Shown: positions 48,884-59,201 of the stretch, piece after piece | How the letters are laid out: every line of letters starts with the position of its first letter | Position numbering within the stretch: the first letter of the stretch is position 1 | Source of the DNA: an uncultured Ruminococcus sp. | GTDB taxonomy: Bacteria > Bacillota > Clostridia > Oscillospirales > Ruminococcaceae | Assembly (NCBI GenBank): GCA_937910385.1 | Contig: CALEPT010000123.1 | Coordinates: forward strand, 26,080 to 90,079 | Length of the DNA: 64,000 nucleotides | Reading direction: 5' to 3' | Notes under the pieces: generated by a model | What the model saw: only the letters and a program-made list of their open reading frames with translations | What the model was told of the DNA's origin: nothing | The model's database searches: none | Program-made: the position numbers and the translations under genes

Positions 48884-49497
48884 TGAAAAAAGCAATGACG
48901 ATATCTTATGAGGTGGGAGACAATCTCTATCTCAACATAACTAATAAATGTCCTTGTGCGTGTACGTTCTGCATACGCAACAATGATGACGGAGCATACG
49001 GCTCCGATCCGCTGTGGCTGGAGCATGAGCCGTCGCCCGACGAGATCTTTGCCGATCTCGACAAGCGTGACCTTGCGAAATACAGGAATATAGTGTTCTG
49101 CGGCTACGGTGAGCCGACAGAGCGGCTTGACGTGATTCTTTTGGTGGCGAGCGAGCTAAGGGCACGTTCCATGTGTCCTCTGCTGAGGATAAATACCAAT
49201 GGCCTCGGCGATCTCATCAACGGGCGGAGCATTGCGGCAGAGCTGTGCAGCGCGCTCGATATTATTTCCGTCAGCCTTAATGCAGGTACAAAGGAAGAGT
49301 ACATGAGGGTAACACGCCCGAAATTCCCCGATGCCTACGAGGCTATGCAGAAATTTACCTCGGACTGTGTAAAGCAGGGCACGGCACAGGTGATGATGAC
49401 AGTAGTGGACGTTATCCCGCCCGATCAGATAGAGGCTTCAAGAGAGATATGTGAGCGCCTCGGCGCGAAGCTGCGCATACGCGAGCTGGTTGAATAG
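48883..49497 (+). CDS. Radical SAM protein, TatD-associated type
   Basis: LYLNITNKCPCACTFC and VFCGYGEP motifs. Confidence 0.85.
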   Translation: MKKAMTISYEVGDNLYLNITNKCPCACTFCIRNNDDGAYGSDPLWLEHEPSPDEIFADLDKRDLAKYRNIVFCGYGEPTERLDVILLVASELRARSMCPLLRINTNGLGDLINGRSIAAELCSALDIISVSLNAGTKEEYMRVTRPKFPDAYEAMQKFTSDCVKQGTAQVMMTVVDVIPPDQIEASREICERLGAKLRIRELVE

Positions 49498-49502
49498 AGC
49501 TC

Positions 49503-49618
49503 TTTGGGCGGATATTTGCCCGCTGTCCTAACGGAAAAATCACATTGCCGAGCCTGAGATCATAGGCTCGGTATTTCTTTTTGCACTCTGCCAAAGGGAA
49601 CTCACTTTGGCGGAGTGC
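49503..49618 (-). repeat. Dispersed structured repeat (copy B)
   Basis: Homologous to 35891-36008. Confidence 0.7.
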
Positions 49619-49790
49619 TGCCTCTATACCTGAATCCTAAAATCTCAAAAACCGCAATCATATCAATATTTGCGATGTTGTTAATAAATCGTTGACATAA
49701 TTGAAATAATGTGTTAAAATATAACTATGAATGCCGTGCAGTGCAGAGTACGGCAAACGACCTTACAACATAATAATGGAGGAATCAACA

Positions 49791-51755
49791 ATGAAAGGAA
49801 TAACTGCAAAGAAGCTTGCAGCAGGTATCATGAGTGCAGTCATGATAGGCTCGGCTTCATCGACCGTCTATGCGGCGAGTCCGTCAGGACTTACAGTTTC
49901 ATCGCTGAAAACCGCTGATGACGACATCATCTATTCGACCGATTTTGAGGACGGAGATGTTTCACAGTTCTCCAAGAGAGGTGATACGGATACGACCGAG
50001 CTCTCTGTCTCGGAGGAATATGCTGTGAGCGGAACTAAGTCTCTCTGCGCAAGCGGACGTACCAAAAACTGGAACGGACCTTCGTTCCGTATCGACGATA
50101 AGGTCGATCCCGGAGTATCCGTGCTCGTCAGCATGAGCGTTTGTGGACAGTGGTATACCAACTGCGGTATAAGCCTGCAATATACGGATTCGTCGGGTCA
50201 GCAGCATTATGAAAACTTCATCAATCCCGATACGGGTCAGACAACATGGCAGGGAAATGGCTGGCAGACGGCTGTTGACCTGAAATTTAGCTATGCTGAA
50301 GATGTTACAGAAGTATATGTATACGTTGAGGGCGGAGGAACAGATAATATCTATATCGACGATTTCACTGTCAAGCTCGCACCCGTATATCATCCTCAGA
50401 GCGATATTCCTTCCCTCAAGGACGTTTATGCGGATTATTTCAAGATAGGTACTGCGGTAACGGCAAAGGAGCTCGCTCCCGCCTCCACAAAGGAACTCAT
50501 TCTCAAGCATTTCAACAGCATTACAGCAGGCAACGAGCTCAAGCCCGATTCGGTTCTCGACAAAAACGCCTGCCTCGCTATGGCAGAAGCAGGTGATGAC
50601 ACCGATCCGCAGGTAACTCTTTCAGCAGCACGTTCCATACTCAATTTTGCAAGAGATAACAATATCCCCGTAAGAGGTCACGTGCTTATATGGCACCAGC
50701 AGACCCCTACATGGTTCTTCAAGGAGAATTATGATGCAGACGGAGAATGGGTATCAGAAGAAAAAATGCTCGTGCGTATGGAAAACTATATCAAGAACGT
50801 TTTCGCAGCAGTCGAGGAAGAGTATCCCGATGTTGACTTCTATGCGTGGGACGTTGTGAATGAGTGTATCCTCGACGACGGATCTGCTCGTCAGCCCGGT
50901 TCTCAGGAGGAGGGCTCCGCAAAGTCTCCGTGGGTACAGATATTCGGCGACAACAGCTTCATCAAGCCCGCTTTTGAATTTGCCAAGAAGTATGCTCCCG
51001 AGGGATGCAAGCTCTATTACAACGACTTCAACGAGTATATGCCCCAGAAGTACCCCGCTATAGTTTCACTGGTAGAGGAGATAAATTCCGATGGTCACTA
51101 TATCGACGGCATCGGTATGCAGTCACACCTTGGAACTGACGTTTTCCCGACTGCAAGCGTATACGAAAAGGCTCTCAAGGCGTTCTGTGAAACAGGTCTT
51201 GACGTTCAGGTAACTGAGCTTGACCATATGATAAGCGGTACTGATAAATTTGAAGAGCAGGCTCAGTATTACAGCGATATTATGGACGTTCTCGTTAAAT
51301 ATTCTGACAGCATTTCTGCGGTCGTATTCTGGGGAACTACAGACGATCAGAGCTGGAGAGCTTCCAAGTATCCGCTCCTGTTCAATGAGGACTATACTGC
51401 AAAGCCTTGCTATTATTCGATAATCGATGATATCAATTACGATATCGTAACTACTACAACGACAACAACTGCCACAACCACAACAACTACGGTAACGACT
51501 ACAGGAGAAGTTTCTGATATTGATTATGGTAACGCAAACTGCGATGACACTGTTAATGTAGCTGATGCAGTTCTTATCCTTCAGGTGCTTGCTAACCCTG
51601 ACAAATTCGGTGTAAATGGCTCCGACGAGAATCATATCACATCTGACGGCTATGAGAATGCAGACTGCAATCTCAGCCGCGACGGAGTTACATCTATGGA
51701 CGCTCTTTATGTTCAGCAGAGCGTGCTCAACATAATAACACTTCCTGTTGAATGA
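49791..51755 (+). CDS. GH10 xylanase with N-terminal CBM (CBM22-like) and dockerin
   Basis: RGHVLIWH, WDVVNE, GIGMQSH and VTELD motifs; Thr linker; dockerin. Confidence 0.94.
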   Translation: MKGITAKKLAAGIMSAVMIGSASSTVYAASPSGLTVSSLKTADDDIIYSTDFEDGDVSQFSKRGDTDTTELSVSEEYAVSGTKSLCASGRTKNWNGPSFRIDDKVDPGVSVLVSMSVCGQWYTNCGISLQYTDSSGQQHYENFINPDTGQTTWQGNGWQTAVDLKFSYAEDVTEVYVYVEGGGTDNIYIDDFTVKLAPVYHPQSDIPSLKDVYADYFKIGTAVTAKELAPASTKELILKHFNSITAGNELKPDSVLDKNACLAMAEAGDDTDPQVTLSAARSILNFARDNNIPVRGHVLIWHQQTPTWFFKENYDADGEWVSEEKMLVRMENYIKNVFAAVEEEYPDVDFYAWDVVNECILDDGSARQPGSQEEGSAKSPWVQIFGDNSFIKPAFEFAKKYAPEGCKLYYNDFNEYMPQKYPAIVSLVEEINSDGHYIDGIGMQSHLGTDVFPTASVYEKALKAFCETGLDVQVTELDHMISGTDKFEEQAQYYSDIMDVLVKYSDSISAVVFWGTTDDQSWRASKYPLLFNEDYTAKPCYYSIIDDINYDIVTTTTTTTATTTTTTVTTTGEVSDIDYGNANCDDTVNVADAVLILQVLANPDKFGVNGSDENHITSDGYENADCNLSRDGVTSMDALYVQQSVLNIITLPVE

Positions 51756-51760
51756 TAAGC

Positions 51761-51793
51761 AAAAGGCCTGCTCCATAGGGGCAGGTCTTTTTT
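51761..51793 (+). terminator. Intrinsic terminator
   Basis: AAAAGGCCTGC..GCAGGTCTTTTTT. Confidence 0.75.
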
Positions 51794-51900
51794 GCTGTAA
51801 TGATAAAATAAACTTCAAATTTCATTCTGCGTACCTTGATTTTTTATAAATAGTATGTTATAATAAAATATCAGAAAAACTCTTTAAAAGGAGGAGGCTT

Positions 51901-52032
51901 ATGACTAAAAAAGGAAAGATCATTCTTGCGGTTTCACTTTCTGCAACATTTATCGCTGCGGGAGCCGCAGCTGCTACGGTCATTATCTGCAAGAAAATGT
52001 ACGAGAAGAACTACTTCTCGGTAAACGATTGA
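51901..52032 (+). CDS. 43-aa single-TM small protein (not in ORF track)
   Basis: AGGAGGAGG RBS; TTGATT-N17-TATAAT promoter; MTKKGKIILAVSLSATFIAAGAAAATVIICKKMYEKNYFSVND. Confidence 0.75.
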   Translation: MTKKGKIILAVSLSATFIAAGAAAATVIICKKMYEKNYFSVND

Positions 52033-52102
52033 AGCGACCTCGGCAATGACGCCGCCGTCCATTAATTACTACGCTAATTTTTAAAAAAGAAGGTTGAATA
52101 AT

Positions 52103-53170
52103 ATGGAAATCAAGTTCACAAAAGCAGAAACTCTCAAGGCTAAGCCTCAGCCCGGCGATAAGCTCGGCTTCGGACACATCTTTACGGATTATATGCTCCT
52201 CATGCCATACGACGAGGGTCAGGGCTGGCACGACCCCGAGATACTTCCTTACGGAAATATCGAGCTTTCTCCTGCTGCAATGTGTCTCCACTATGGTCAG
52301 ACCGTTTTCGAGGGACTCAAGGCTTACAGAACAGCTGACGGCAAGGTGCAGCTTTTCCGTCCGCAGGAAAACTTCAAGAGAATGAATAAGTCCAACGAGA
52401 GACTTGTTATCCCCGAGCTTCCTGAGGAGCTTGGTATGCAGTGCCTGATGGAGCTCCTTAAGATCGAGAAGGACTGGGTGCCCTCAAAGGACGGAGAATC
52501 ACTCTACATAAGACCTTTTATATTTGCAGTTGACCCGTTCCTTGGCGTTAAGCCCGGCGCGCAGTATTACTTTATGATAATTCTTTCTCCTTCGGGAGCT
52601 TACTATGAGAGCGGCCTTGATCCCGTAAATATTTACGTTGAGAGCAAGTATGTCCGCGCTGTAAGAGGCGGTATGGGCTTTGCTAAGACAGGAGGAAACT
52701 ACGCTGCTTCGCTTATAGGACAGGACGAGGCTCACAAGCAGAACTACTCTCAGGTGCTCTGGCTTGACGGCGTTGAGCAGAAGTACATCGAGGAAGTGGG
52801 CGCTATGAACATCTTCTTTGTCGTTGACGGAAAGGTCATCACACCTATGCTTCAGGGCTCTATCCTCCCCGGCATCACAAGAAAGTCCGCGATCGAGGTG
52901 TGCAAGTCAAAGGGACTTGAGGTAGAGGAGAGAAGGATAACCATTCAGGAGATCGCCGACGCTTACGATGCAGGCAAGCTCGATGAGGTATTTGGTACCG
53001 GTACTGCCGCAGTTATCTCTCCCGTTGGTCATCTCAAATGGGGTGACAAGGTAATGGAGATAAACGACAATAAGATAGGTAAGATCTCTCAGATGCTCTA
53101 CGATACCATGACAGGCATTCAGTGGGGCAAGATAGAGGATACATTCGGCTGGATAGTTCCTGTTGAGTAA
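52103..53170 (+). CDS. ilvE: Branched-chain amino acid aminotransferase
   Basis: [28 protein letters not shown] and GTAAVISP motifs. Confidence 0.95.
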   Translation: MEIKFTKAETLKAKPQPGDKLGFGHIFTDYMLLMPYDEGQGWHDPEILPYGNIELSPAAMCLHYGQTVFEGLKAYRTADGKVQLFRPQENFKRMNKSNERLVIPELPEELGMQCLMELLKIEKDWVPSKDGESLYIRPFIFAVDPFLGVKPGAQYYFMIILSPSGAYYESGLDPVNIYVESKYVRAVRGGMGFAKTGGNYAASLIGQDEAHKQNYSQVLWLDGVEQKYIEEVGAMNIFFVVDGKVITPMLQGSILPGITRKSAIEVCKSKGLEVEERRITIQEIADAYDAGKLDEVFGTGTAAVISPVGHLKWGDKVMEINDNKIGKISQMLYDTMTGIQWGKIEDTFGWIVPVE

Positions 53171-53211
53171 AAAATCAGCTCTGCCTTAACCGGCAGAGCT
53201 TTTTGCATTTA

Positions 53212-53571
53212 TTATCGTTTTTTCCCCGAAGCAAGAGTGTAGCTGATATCGAGCAGCGCGAGGATATCTTCAAGGGGGACTGTTCCGTCGAGGATCACTG
53301 TTATCCAGTTTGATTTATTCATATGGTATGCAGGAAAGTAACCCTCGGAAGATCGCAGCGAGCCGCTCATCATGGGATCACATTTTATGTCGATGATATC
53401 AACGTGCTCGTCGCTCGGCAGTCCGAGCTTACTGCGCGGTATGCGGATAAAGCAGGCATACCACTTCTTGTTGTCGCCGCGCCGAAGAACGGAGTTGTCC
53501 GAGCGCTGCCACAGAAATTCGCGTTTTGAGCCGTACTTTTTTTCTGCCGCGGCGCATATTTTTTCTGCCAT
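53212..53571 (-). CDS. MmcQ/YjbR family protein
   Basis: IKCDP and PAYHMNKSNWITV motifs. Confidence 0.85.
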   Translation of the reverse strand: MAEKICAAAEKKYGSKREFLWQRSDNSVLRRGDNKKWYACFIRIPRSKLGLPSDEHVDIIDIKCDPMMSGSLRSSEGYFPAYHMNKSNWITVILDGTVPLEDILALLDISYTLASGKKR

Positions 53572-53643
53572 ATTCTTTTCCGTTTTATATCCACTCCTTT
53601 ATATGTGAGGAAGGGCGGCAATATGAGCCGCCCTTTTTTGCCC

Positions 53644-56496
53644 TTATTCTTCGGGCAATGTTATTAATTTCAGCAAATACTTTTGAATTGCAAGTGCGTC
53701 CTTGGAAGTGACGCCGTTGCCGACCTCAGAGCAGTCGGCATTTATCATACCCGGAGCAGTGATATGTTCTGTATCAGAGCCGTTCTCACCGTATCTATCG
53801 GGATTTGCCTGTGCTTGGAGTACAAGTACGGCATCAGCCATTTCAACAGTTCCGTTGCAGTTGGCGTCGCCGTAGAGAACATCACTTTGCTGAGTAGAGG
53901 TAGTGGTTACGGAAGTGGTAGTAGTGGTAGTAGTTGTTGTTGTTGTTGTTGTGGTCGTAGTCTCTGACGATTTTGCGGGCTGGATTATGAATTTCTGACC
54001 CGAGCCGCCCCAGTAGCTCCACTGGCAGATGTTTGCGCCGCTATCCAAGCTTATGCCGTATACATCAAGGCATGAGGTGCCGCCTGAAGCTGCTGTAAGT
54101 ATCGTATACGAGCCGTCCTGATTGCAGTAGAAGCTGAATTTCTGCGAGACATCTCCCTTATATGCTGATAGGTAAGCGTCCTTGCCGTTATCGCCGGATC
54201 CGTCCTCTATGGTGAGATATTCGTCATCAGAGAGGCTTATCGTATAGTAGCTGTCATCGAGCTTCGTGATCTTCCAAGCCTGAATATCGCTGTTCTGCTG
54301 AACGCTGCCGCCGTTTGAGCCTGACGACGCATTCAGAAGCAGAGAGCTGTTTATATTTTTTATTGTGTACCATCCGTCGTTGACCGTCGGGCAAACGGGC
54401 TTGATGTTCCAGAGCTGACAAGCGCCGCCCCAGTATTCATACTCTGCGATATTTCCGCCGTTTTCCTCGCTCCAGCCGAATACGTCCAGACCGGAAGCAT
54501 CTCCGGAGGATTTTGATACGATACCGAACGAGCCGCGATCCTGAACAAGCTTGAAGAGCTGGTTATCCGCGCCGGTATACTCTGATATTTCAACATTTCC
54601 GTCATTTATGGTGATAGCTTTATTCTCGTCCGCCATTGCGGATATGAACACGTAGCCGTCCGAAGCCATATTTATGCGCCATTCCTGGTGCTTTCCGGAA
54701 GTGTAGGTCCATTGCTGGATATTTGAACCGTCAGTCGTGTCACCGCCTGCGAGGTCAAGTGACTTTCCGTTGAAAACGCTCGTTATCGAGTAGGAAACTC
54801 CATTGAGCAGACCCGTATCATACAGATAAGCAGACTGTGTGAAATGATCGGAGTCGGCAGCCTTATAGACGAGCTGACTGTCGGTAGTTCTGTCCACCAT
54901 GTCCTGAGTGATATCATATGCTGCGACCTTGCTGCCCCAGATACAGATGTTTATGCCCGTTGCGGTAAAGCACATCTTGGTGACGGGTGTATCAGCTTCG
55001 TCTGCCTGTACTATGAATGCGCCTTTGTAGGTTACTCCGCCCCATGTAAAGCTCATATAGGGTGTACCGTCGGTCATTGTCCATGTTGCGGAGATATCGC
55101 CTGTGACTGTGCCGTCGGCGTTGAGGGTTATATTTATTGGCTTTTCAACGTCCGCCGAGACCTCATTGACGAAACTCTGGTTAGGGTTGTGCCAGATGAG
55201 CTCGTAATCACCGACTATAGCCTCCTTGGTGTGCCCCTTTTCGGAAATGGTCTCGCCGCTGTACTCGTATGGGGCAGCCGTTATCCAGCCGTCCTCGTTC
55301 ATAATGAGCTGATGTACGCGCACCTCATGGAAGCCGTAGTCGTCATCGAACTTATTGTGGTATATAACGAAGAGCTTGCCGTCGTCGTCAACGAATGCCG
55401 AGTTGTGACCCTGAGCGGTATTCGGCTTTGAGTTGCAGCTCCACTGATAATTGCTCATGAGACGCAGACCGGTATTGCCTGCGATGTTGTCGGTTGCCTT
55501 AGTGTATATGGCGGAGTTACCGTTTTCGTCAACGTACGGACCGGTGGGCGATTTGCTGCGGAAGATACGCATATTGTAGCCGCCCTTGTTGTTAAAGTAG
55601 CCGTATGACAGGAAGAGATAATAGTAGCCGTCCGAGCCGTCGGGCTGAGTCATATATTCGATATACGGACCCTCTCCCGAGCTCCAGTAGCCGCCTGCTA
55701 TCTTCGTTCCCATGTATGCGTCGGAGGCATTGACCTGTGTTGCGTAGGTCGTATTGTAGTCCCTGAGACCCGAGCTCTCATCAAGTTCGAGCATATAGAT
55801 ACCGCCGAACCACGAGCCGTATATCATATGCAGTTCTCCGTTCTCGTCGTAGAAAACGCATGGGTCGATAGCGTTCGTGCCGTATTCAGCGTTCCAGCGG
55901 CCTGCTGAGGTGAGATAGCGGCTGAGGTCAGGATTGCTGCCGAGAACCTTCTCAACATCGGTGTTTTTATAGCTGTTTGCAGAGTTGGCAGGATTCGTCT
56001 CAAAGCCTGAATAAACTATAGTATCAATGTATGTATAAGGACCGTCGATATCATCGGCTGTACACATTACTATCGAGCTGTGCCAGTCATCTCCGTTTAC
56101 CGAGAGATACATACAGTATTTGTTCAGGACGGGATTCCAGACGATATCAGGAGCCCAGAGATTGCCTGAAAGGTCGTAGCCGCTGCTTGTATTCGACCAT
56201 GTATTAGGTACGGCAAGATCTGTGTAGATATTGCTGAAGTAGGTGGTGTTTTTGGTACCTGCATTGGAGTTTGCGGTGTAAGTCCAGTTCATGAGGTCAC
56301 TGGAGCGCGCAGCTGCAAGGTGAGAGCCGATTATGTAATAGCTCCCGTCATCAAGCTTCACGATAGAGGGATCGTGTACTGCAACTCTGCTGTACGCAGC
56401 GTCGGTTTTGAGCAGGCTGCGGTCAAGAGAGGGGAGAGCGGGCAGCAGTGCGAATGAGAGTACTATTGCCGCAGCTTTTTTTAGCGTATTTTTCAT
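53644..56496 (-). CDS. GH43 (arabinanase-like) enzyme with two ricin/CBM13 modules and dockerin
   Basis: VHDPSI, WAPD, AIDP and EGPY motifs; QW repeats; Thr linker; dockerin. Confidence 0.92.
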   Translation of the reverse strand: MKNTLKKAAAIVLSFALLPALPSLDRSLLKTDAAYSRVAVHDPSIVKLDDGSYYIIGSHLAAARSSDLMNWTYTANSNAGTKNTTYFSNIYTDLAVPNTWSNTSSGYDLSGNLWAPDIVWNPVLNKYCMYLSVNGDDWHSSIVMCTADDIDGPYTYIDTIVYSGFETNPANSANSYKNTDVEKVLGSNPDLSRYLTSAGRWNAEYGTNAIDPCVFYDENGELHMIYGSWFGGIYMLELDESSGLRDYNTTYATQVNASDAYMGTKIAGGYWSSGEGPYIEYMTQPDGSDGYYYLFLSYGYFNNKGGYNMRIFRSKSPTGPYVDENGNSAIYTKATDNIAGNTGLRLMSNYQWSCNSKPNTAQGHNSAFVDDDGKLFVIYHNKFDDDYGFHEVRVHQLIMNEDGWITAAPYEYSGETISEKGHTKEAIVGDYELIWHNPNQSFVNEVSADVEKPINITLNADGTVTGDISATWTMTDGTPYMSFTWGGVTYKGAFIVQADEADTPVTKMCFTATGINICIWGSKVAAYDITQDMVDRTTDSQLVYKAADSDHFTQSAYLYDTGLLNGVSYSITSVFNGKSLDLAGGDTTDGSNIQQWTYTSGKHQEWRINMASDGYVFISAMADENKAITINDGNVEISEYTGADNQLFKLVQDRGSFGIVSKSSGDASGLDVFGWSEENGGNIAEYEYWGGACQLWNIKPVCPTVNDGWYTIKNINSSLLLNASSGSNGGSVQQNSDIQAWKITKLDDSYYTISLSDDEYLTIEDGSGDNGKDAYLSAYKGDVSQKFSFYCNQDGSYTILTAASGGTSCLDVYGISLDSGANICQWSYWGGSGQKFIIQPAKSSETTTTTTTTTTTTTTTTSVTTTSTQQSDVLYGDANCNGTVEMADAVLVLQAQANPDRYGENGSDTEHITAPGMINADCSEVGNGVTSKDALAIQKYLLKLITLPEE

Positions 56497-56807
56497 AAAT
56501 TACCTCCGATCGACATTTTTACGGCTTTTGCCTGCCTATTGAGCTTAGCCGTTATAAGGCAATACCATAAGAAAATGATCGGCAGTTCTGCAACAGACCA
56601 TGATCTTTGAGATATTGTCTTAACAAACTGATAATTTGTTAATAATATCATAACATATGTTTATCTGTATGTCAATGAGTTTTTGTATTCTTTTTTTGAG
56701 ATATTGTGCTTTAATGGCGATCATCCTGAGAAGCTTGTCTGAGATCTGAATCATATCAAAAAAGGCGGACATTTAGAGTCCGCCTTTTATGCATTATCCG
56801 ATTATTT

Positions 56808-57920
56808 TCATGCTTCCGGGAGGGTGATCATATTCAGCATAAATTTCTGGACGGCAAGAGCGTCTTTCGTGGTAAGACCGTCTCCGGAACCGGAGCAGTC
56901 CGCATTTATGAGCCCCTTCTCAGTGATATGTTCTTCCTCCGAACCGGCAGTGCCGTATTTATCGGGGTTTGCCTGCACCTGGAGTATGAGGACTGCGTCC
57001 GCCATTTCCACAGTTTCGTTGCAGTTTGCGTCACCATAGAGGATATCTTCTGCGGTTATCTCAGCCATACTCGGCTGACCGCTGCCCCACCATTCCCATA
57101 CGTCGCCTTCGCGGTACTGGTCTGCCCGCTGATCACCTGTCCATGTAAAAACGTTATCGTAGAGATGACCCTCCTCGTAGTACCATCGTGCAAGAGCGAT
57201 TATCTCGTCGGGATAGTTTTTGTAGTAGCCGTCGTTTTCGCCTGTATATGTACACCAGCCCGTATTGAATCCTTTCAGAGCTCCTCGGACTACCTGATAT
57301 CCTGTAAGACCTTCTTCATTGATACCGAGCTCGACGAAGTGGAGTATCTTGCGAATTCCCATATGATTTGAGATGATCGCGTCATAAAAGTTGGATTCGG
57401 TAAGGGAATACTGATACATTTCGGGGACATTATCCTCCTTCATGAAGGTTGGGTCGCAGTCGGCGAAAGCTGTTACGGCAGTCTGCAGAGTTCCGTATGC
57501 ATGGGCGGAGCTTACTCCAAAGCCCTGATCGTAGGCGGTTTCGATATCTGCTCCGTCGCCGTTTCCGCCAAGTGTTGACTCTCTGGTGCCAATACCGAGG
57601 AAAAGTGCATATACCATTTCGCGGTCGGGCTGACCAAGACGGACGGTAAGCAGATCCCAGTGTTCGTCGATCTCTTTGTAGAGAGCGTATTTAACTTCCT
57701 GCACAGACATAGCGTGATTGATAGCACGTATTTCCTCTGTAGAAGCGTTTGCCGGAGTGTTTCGCTCGCCGTAGTTGAATGGATTTCCTACGCCTTCGGT
57801 CTGAATATTGCGTGATGAGTCGTGAGCTATCGAATCGTCGGCGTAGGACGGTGCAGCGCACAGCTGGAGCACCATGACAGCTGATGCGGTGATGATGCTG
57901 AATAATTTTTTGATTTTCAT
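56808..57920 (-). CDS. Secreted dockerin protein with putative lysozyme-like (GH23/transglycosylase-type) domain
   Basis: Signal peptide; RES and YGTLQ motifs; GFNTG; C-terminal dockerin. Confidence 0.6.
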   Translation of the reverse strand: MKIKKLFSIITASAVMVLQLCAAPSYADDSIAHDSSRNIQTEGVGNPFNYGERNTPANASTEEIRAINHAMSVQEVKYALYKEIDEHWDLLTVRLGQPDREMVYALFLGIGTRESTLGGNGDGADIETAYDQGFGVSSAHAYGTLQTAVTAFADCDPTFMKEDNVPEMYQYSLTESNFYDAIISNHMGIRKILHFVELGINEEGLTGYQVVRGALKGFNTGWCTYTGENDGYYKNYPDEIIALARWYYEEGHLYDNVFTWTGDQRADQYREGDVWEWWGSGQPSMAEITAEDILYGDANCNETVEMADAVLILQVQANPDKYGTAGSEEEHITEKGLINADCSGSGDGLTTKDALAVQKFMLNMITLPEA

Positions 57921-57930
57921 TTTATTCACC

Positions 57931-58272
57931 TCAGAAATTCGAGCCGTTCCAACCCCAGTTCTCGGTCTCGGAGTATTTGACGTAGATACGGTCGGAGGAG
58001 ATCCCGAGGGTATCCCCGAGGATCCCTGTGATATGGCTTGTGAGTGTGGAAAGAGCATTGTGAGATGCATTGCCGAATATACTTACCTCCACCATAGCGG
58101 CAGGCTCTTCGCCGCCCTTGAACCAGAGTGCATGATCAGACTCAATTCCCACCATGAGCCAGTCTTCGGACTTTCCGGGAATAGCGGTTATAGCCTGACC
58201 AAGCTTGGTTTTGAGAGCAGTCTGTTGAGCTTGAGTTGCATGAGTGTTTGTTTTAACGTTGATAAATGGCAT
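57931..58272 (-). CDS. MIF/tautomerase superfamily protein
   Basis: N-terminal MPFI (catalytic Pro1); GKSEDWLM; WGWNGSNF. Confidence 0.85.
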   Translation of the reverse strand: MPFINVKTNTHATQAQQTALKTKLGQAITAIPGKSEDWLMVGIESDHALWFKGGEEPAAMVEVSIFGNASHNALSTLTSHITGILGDTLGISSDRIYVKYSETENWGWNGSNF

Positions 58273-58389
58273 GATAGGATCCTCCTTGTGAAGTATCGGT
58301 TATGATAGTTACATGTTAGCTCAGACAGTTTGCATATCATAGCCGTAATGTGTTTCTTTTATTGATTTATGATGACTGATTAATGTTTG

Positions 58390-58528
58390 GTTTGTCCCTC
58401 TGCAAGGGCAAACTGAGCATATCATCAGGAAGCGTGTATGCGTAAATTTCCTATCTTTAAAAGAATTTGCGCTCCATGAACGCAGTTCAGGACAATGGCT
58501 GTCTGAATGCGGTTATTGGGTACACATT
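58390..58528 (-). ncRNA. Candidate structured RNA, copy 2 (strand tentative)
   Basis: Homolog of 14956-15088 with the same stems. Confidence 0.55.
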
Positions 58529-58529
58529 G

Positions 58530-58558
58530 ATTATAGCATATAATGGCTCAAAAAGCAA
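58530..58558 (-). promoter_or_regulatory. Sigma-A-like promoter
   Basis: TTGCTT-N17-TATAAT with extended -10 TG. Confidence 0.65.
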
Positions 58559-59112
58559 TAATTCGCGGCTAAAATTTTGAGCTCCGTTTTTCCGAGGCAC
58601 GGCATGGAGGGCGGGCCTCGCGCTTATATCACATTATTGCAAAAAAAGACAGTTTACAGGAAAAATAGCCGTATCGCTTACATTGTTGATGTGAATTCCA
58701 TATGTAGGAGTAAAGTTGTTCCTGTCGTCATATATTTATAATAGTATACCGGCAGTCGTTTGTTCTGAGGCAGAGGAATACTTTGAAAGGCGAAAAGCTG
58801 CTAACATAAAACCAATGGATTTTAACGTGCAAAATGCCCAAAATATAGTTAAGCAATTTGCCGTAGTTTACAATTCTATAAAAAAATCCAAAAAAAACAA
58901 GCTTTTATGTTGCAATTTAAGTTGAGGTGTGATATAATATTTGTGTAAGTTCAACAATCCTGTGCGGAGGAACATCTCTGCGCCGGATCAAACTGTCTTG
59001 AAATTTGATTTTTGTAGAATAATTGCCGTTTTCTTATAGAAAATATTACAACAGGTATAAATGTTGGTGAATATTAATAAAAAGCGGCCGGTTATTTATG
59101 TCAAAAAAGCGA

Positions 59113-59141
59113 TTGAAAAGTAACTTTTAAAATGTTATAAT
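59113..59141 (+). promoter_or_regulatory. Sigma-A-like promoter of the pilus operon
   Basis: TTGAAA-N17-TATAAT with extended -10 TG. Confidence 0.7.
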
Positions 59142-59201
59142 TGTTATTATTAAGGCAGTGCGAAAACGTTCATGCAAAGAATTAATTACGGAGGTGGTTT
59201 C

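Noticed and set aside
53890..53965. Trinucleotide repeats (also 51449-51502) as a contingency locus or CRISPR
   Set aside because: They encode in-frame Thr-rich linkers before dockerins
58940..59000. Hairpin upstream of the pilus operon as a c-di-GMP riboswitch
   Set aside because: No match to class I or class II consensus; only a simple stem-loop
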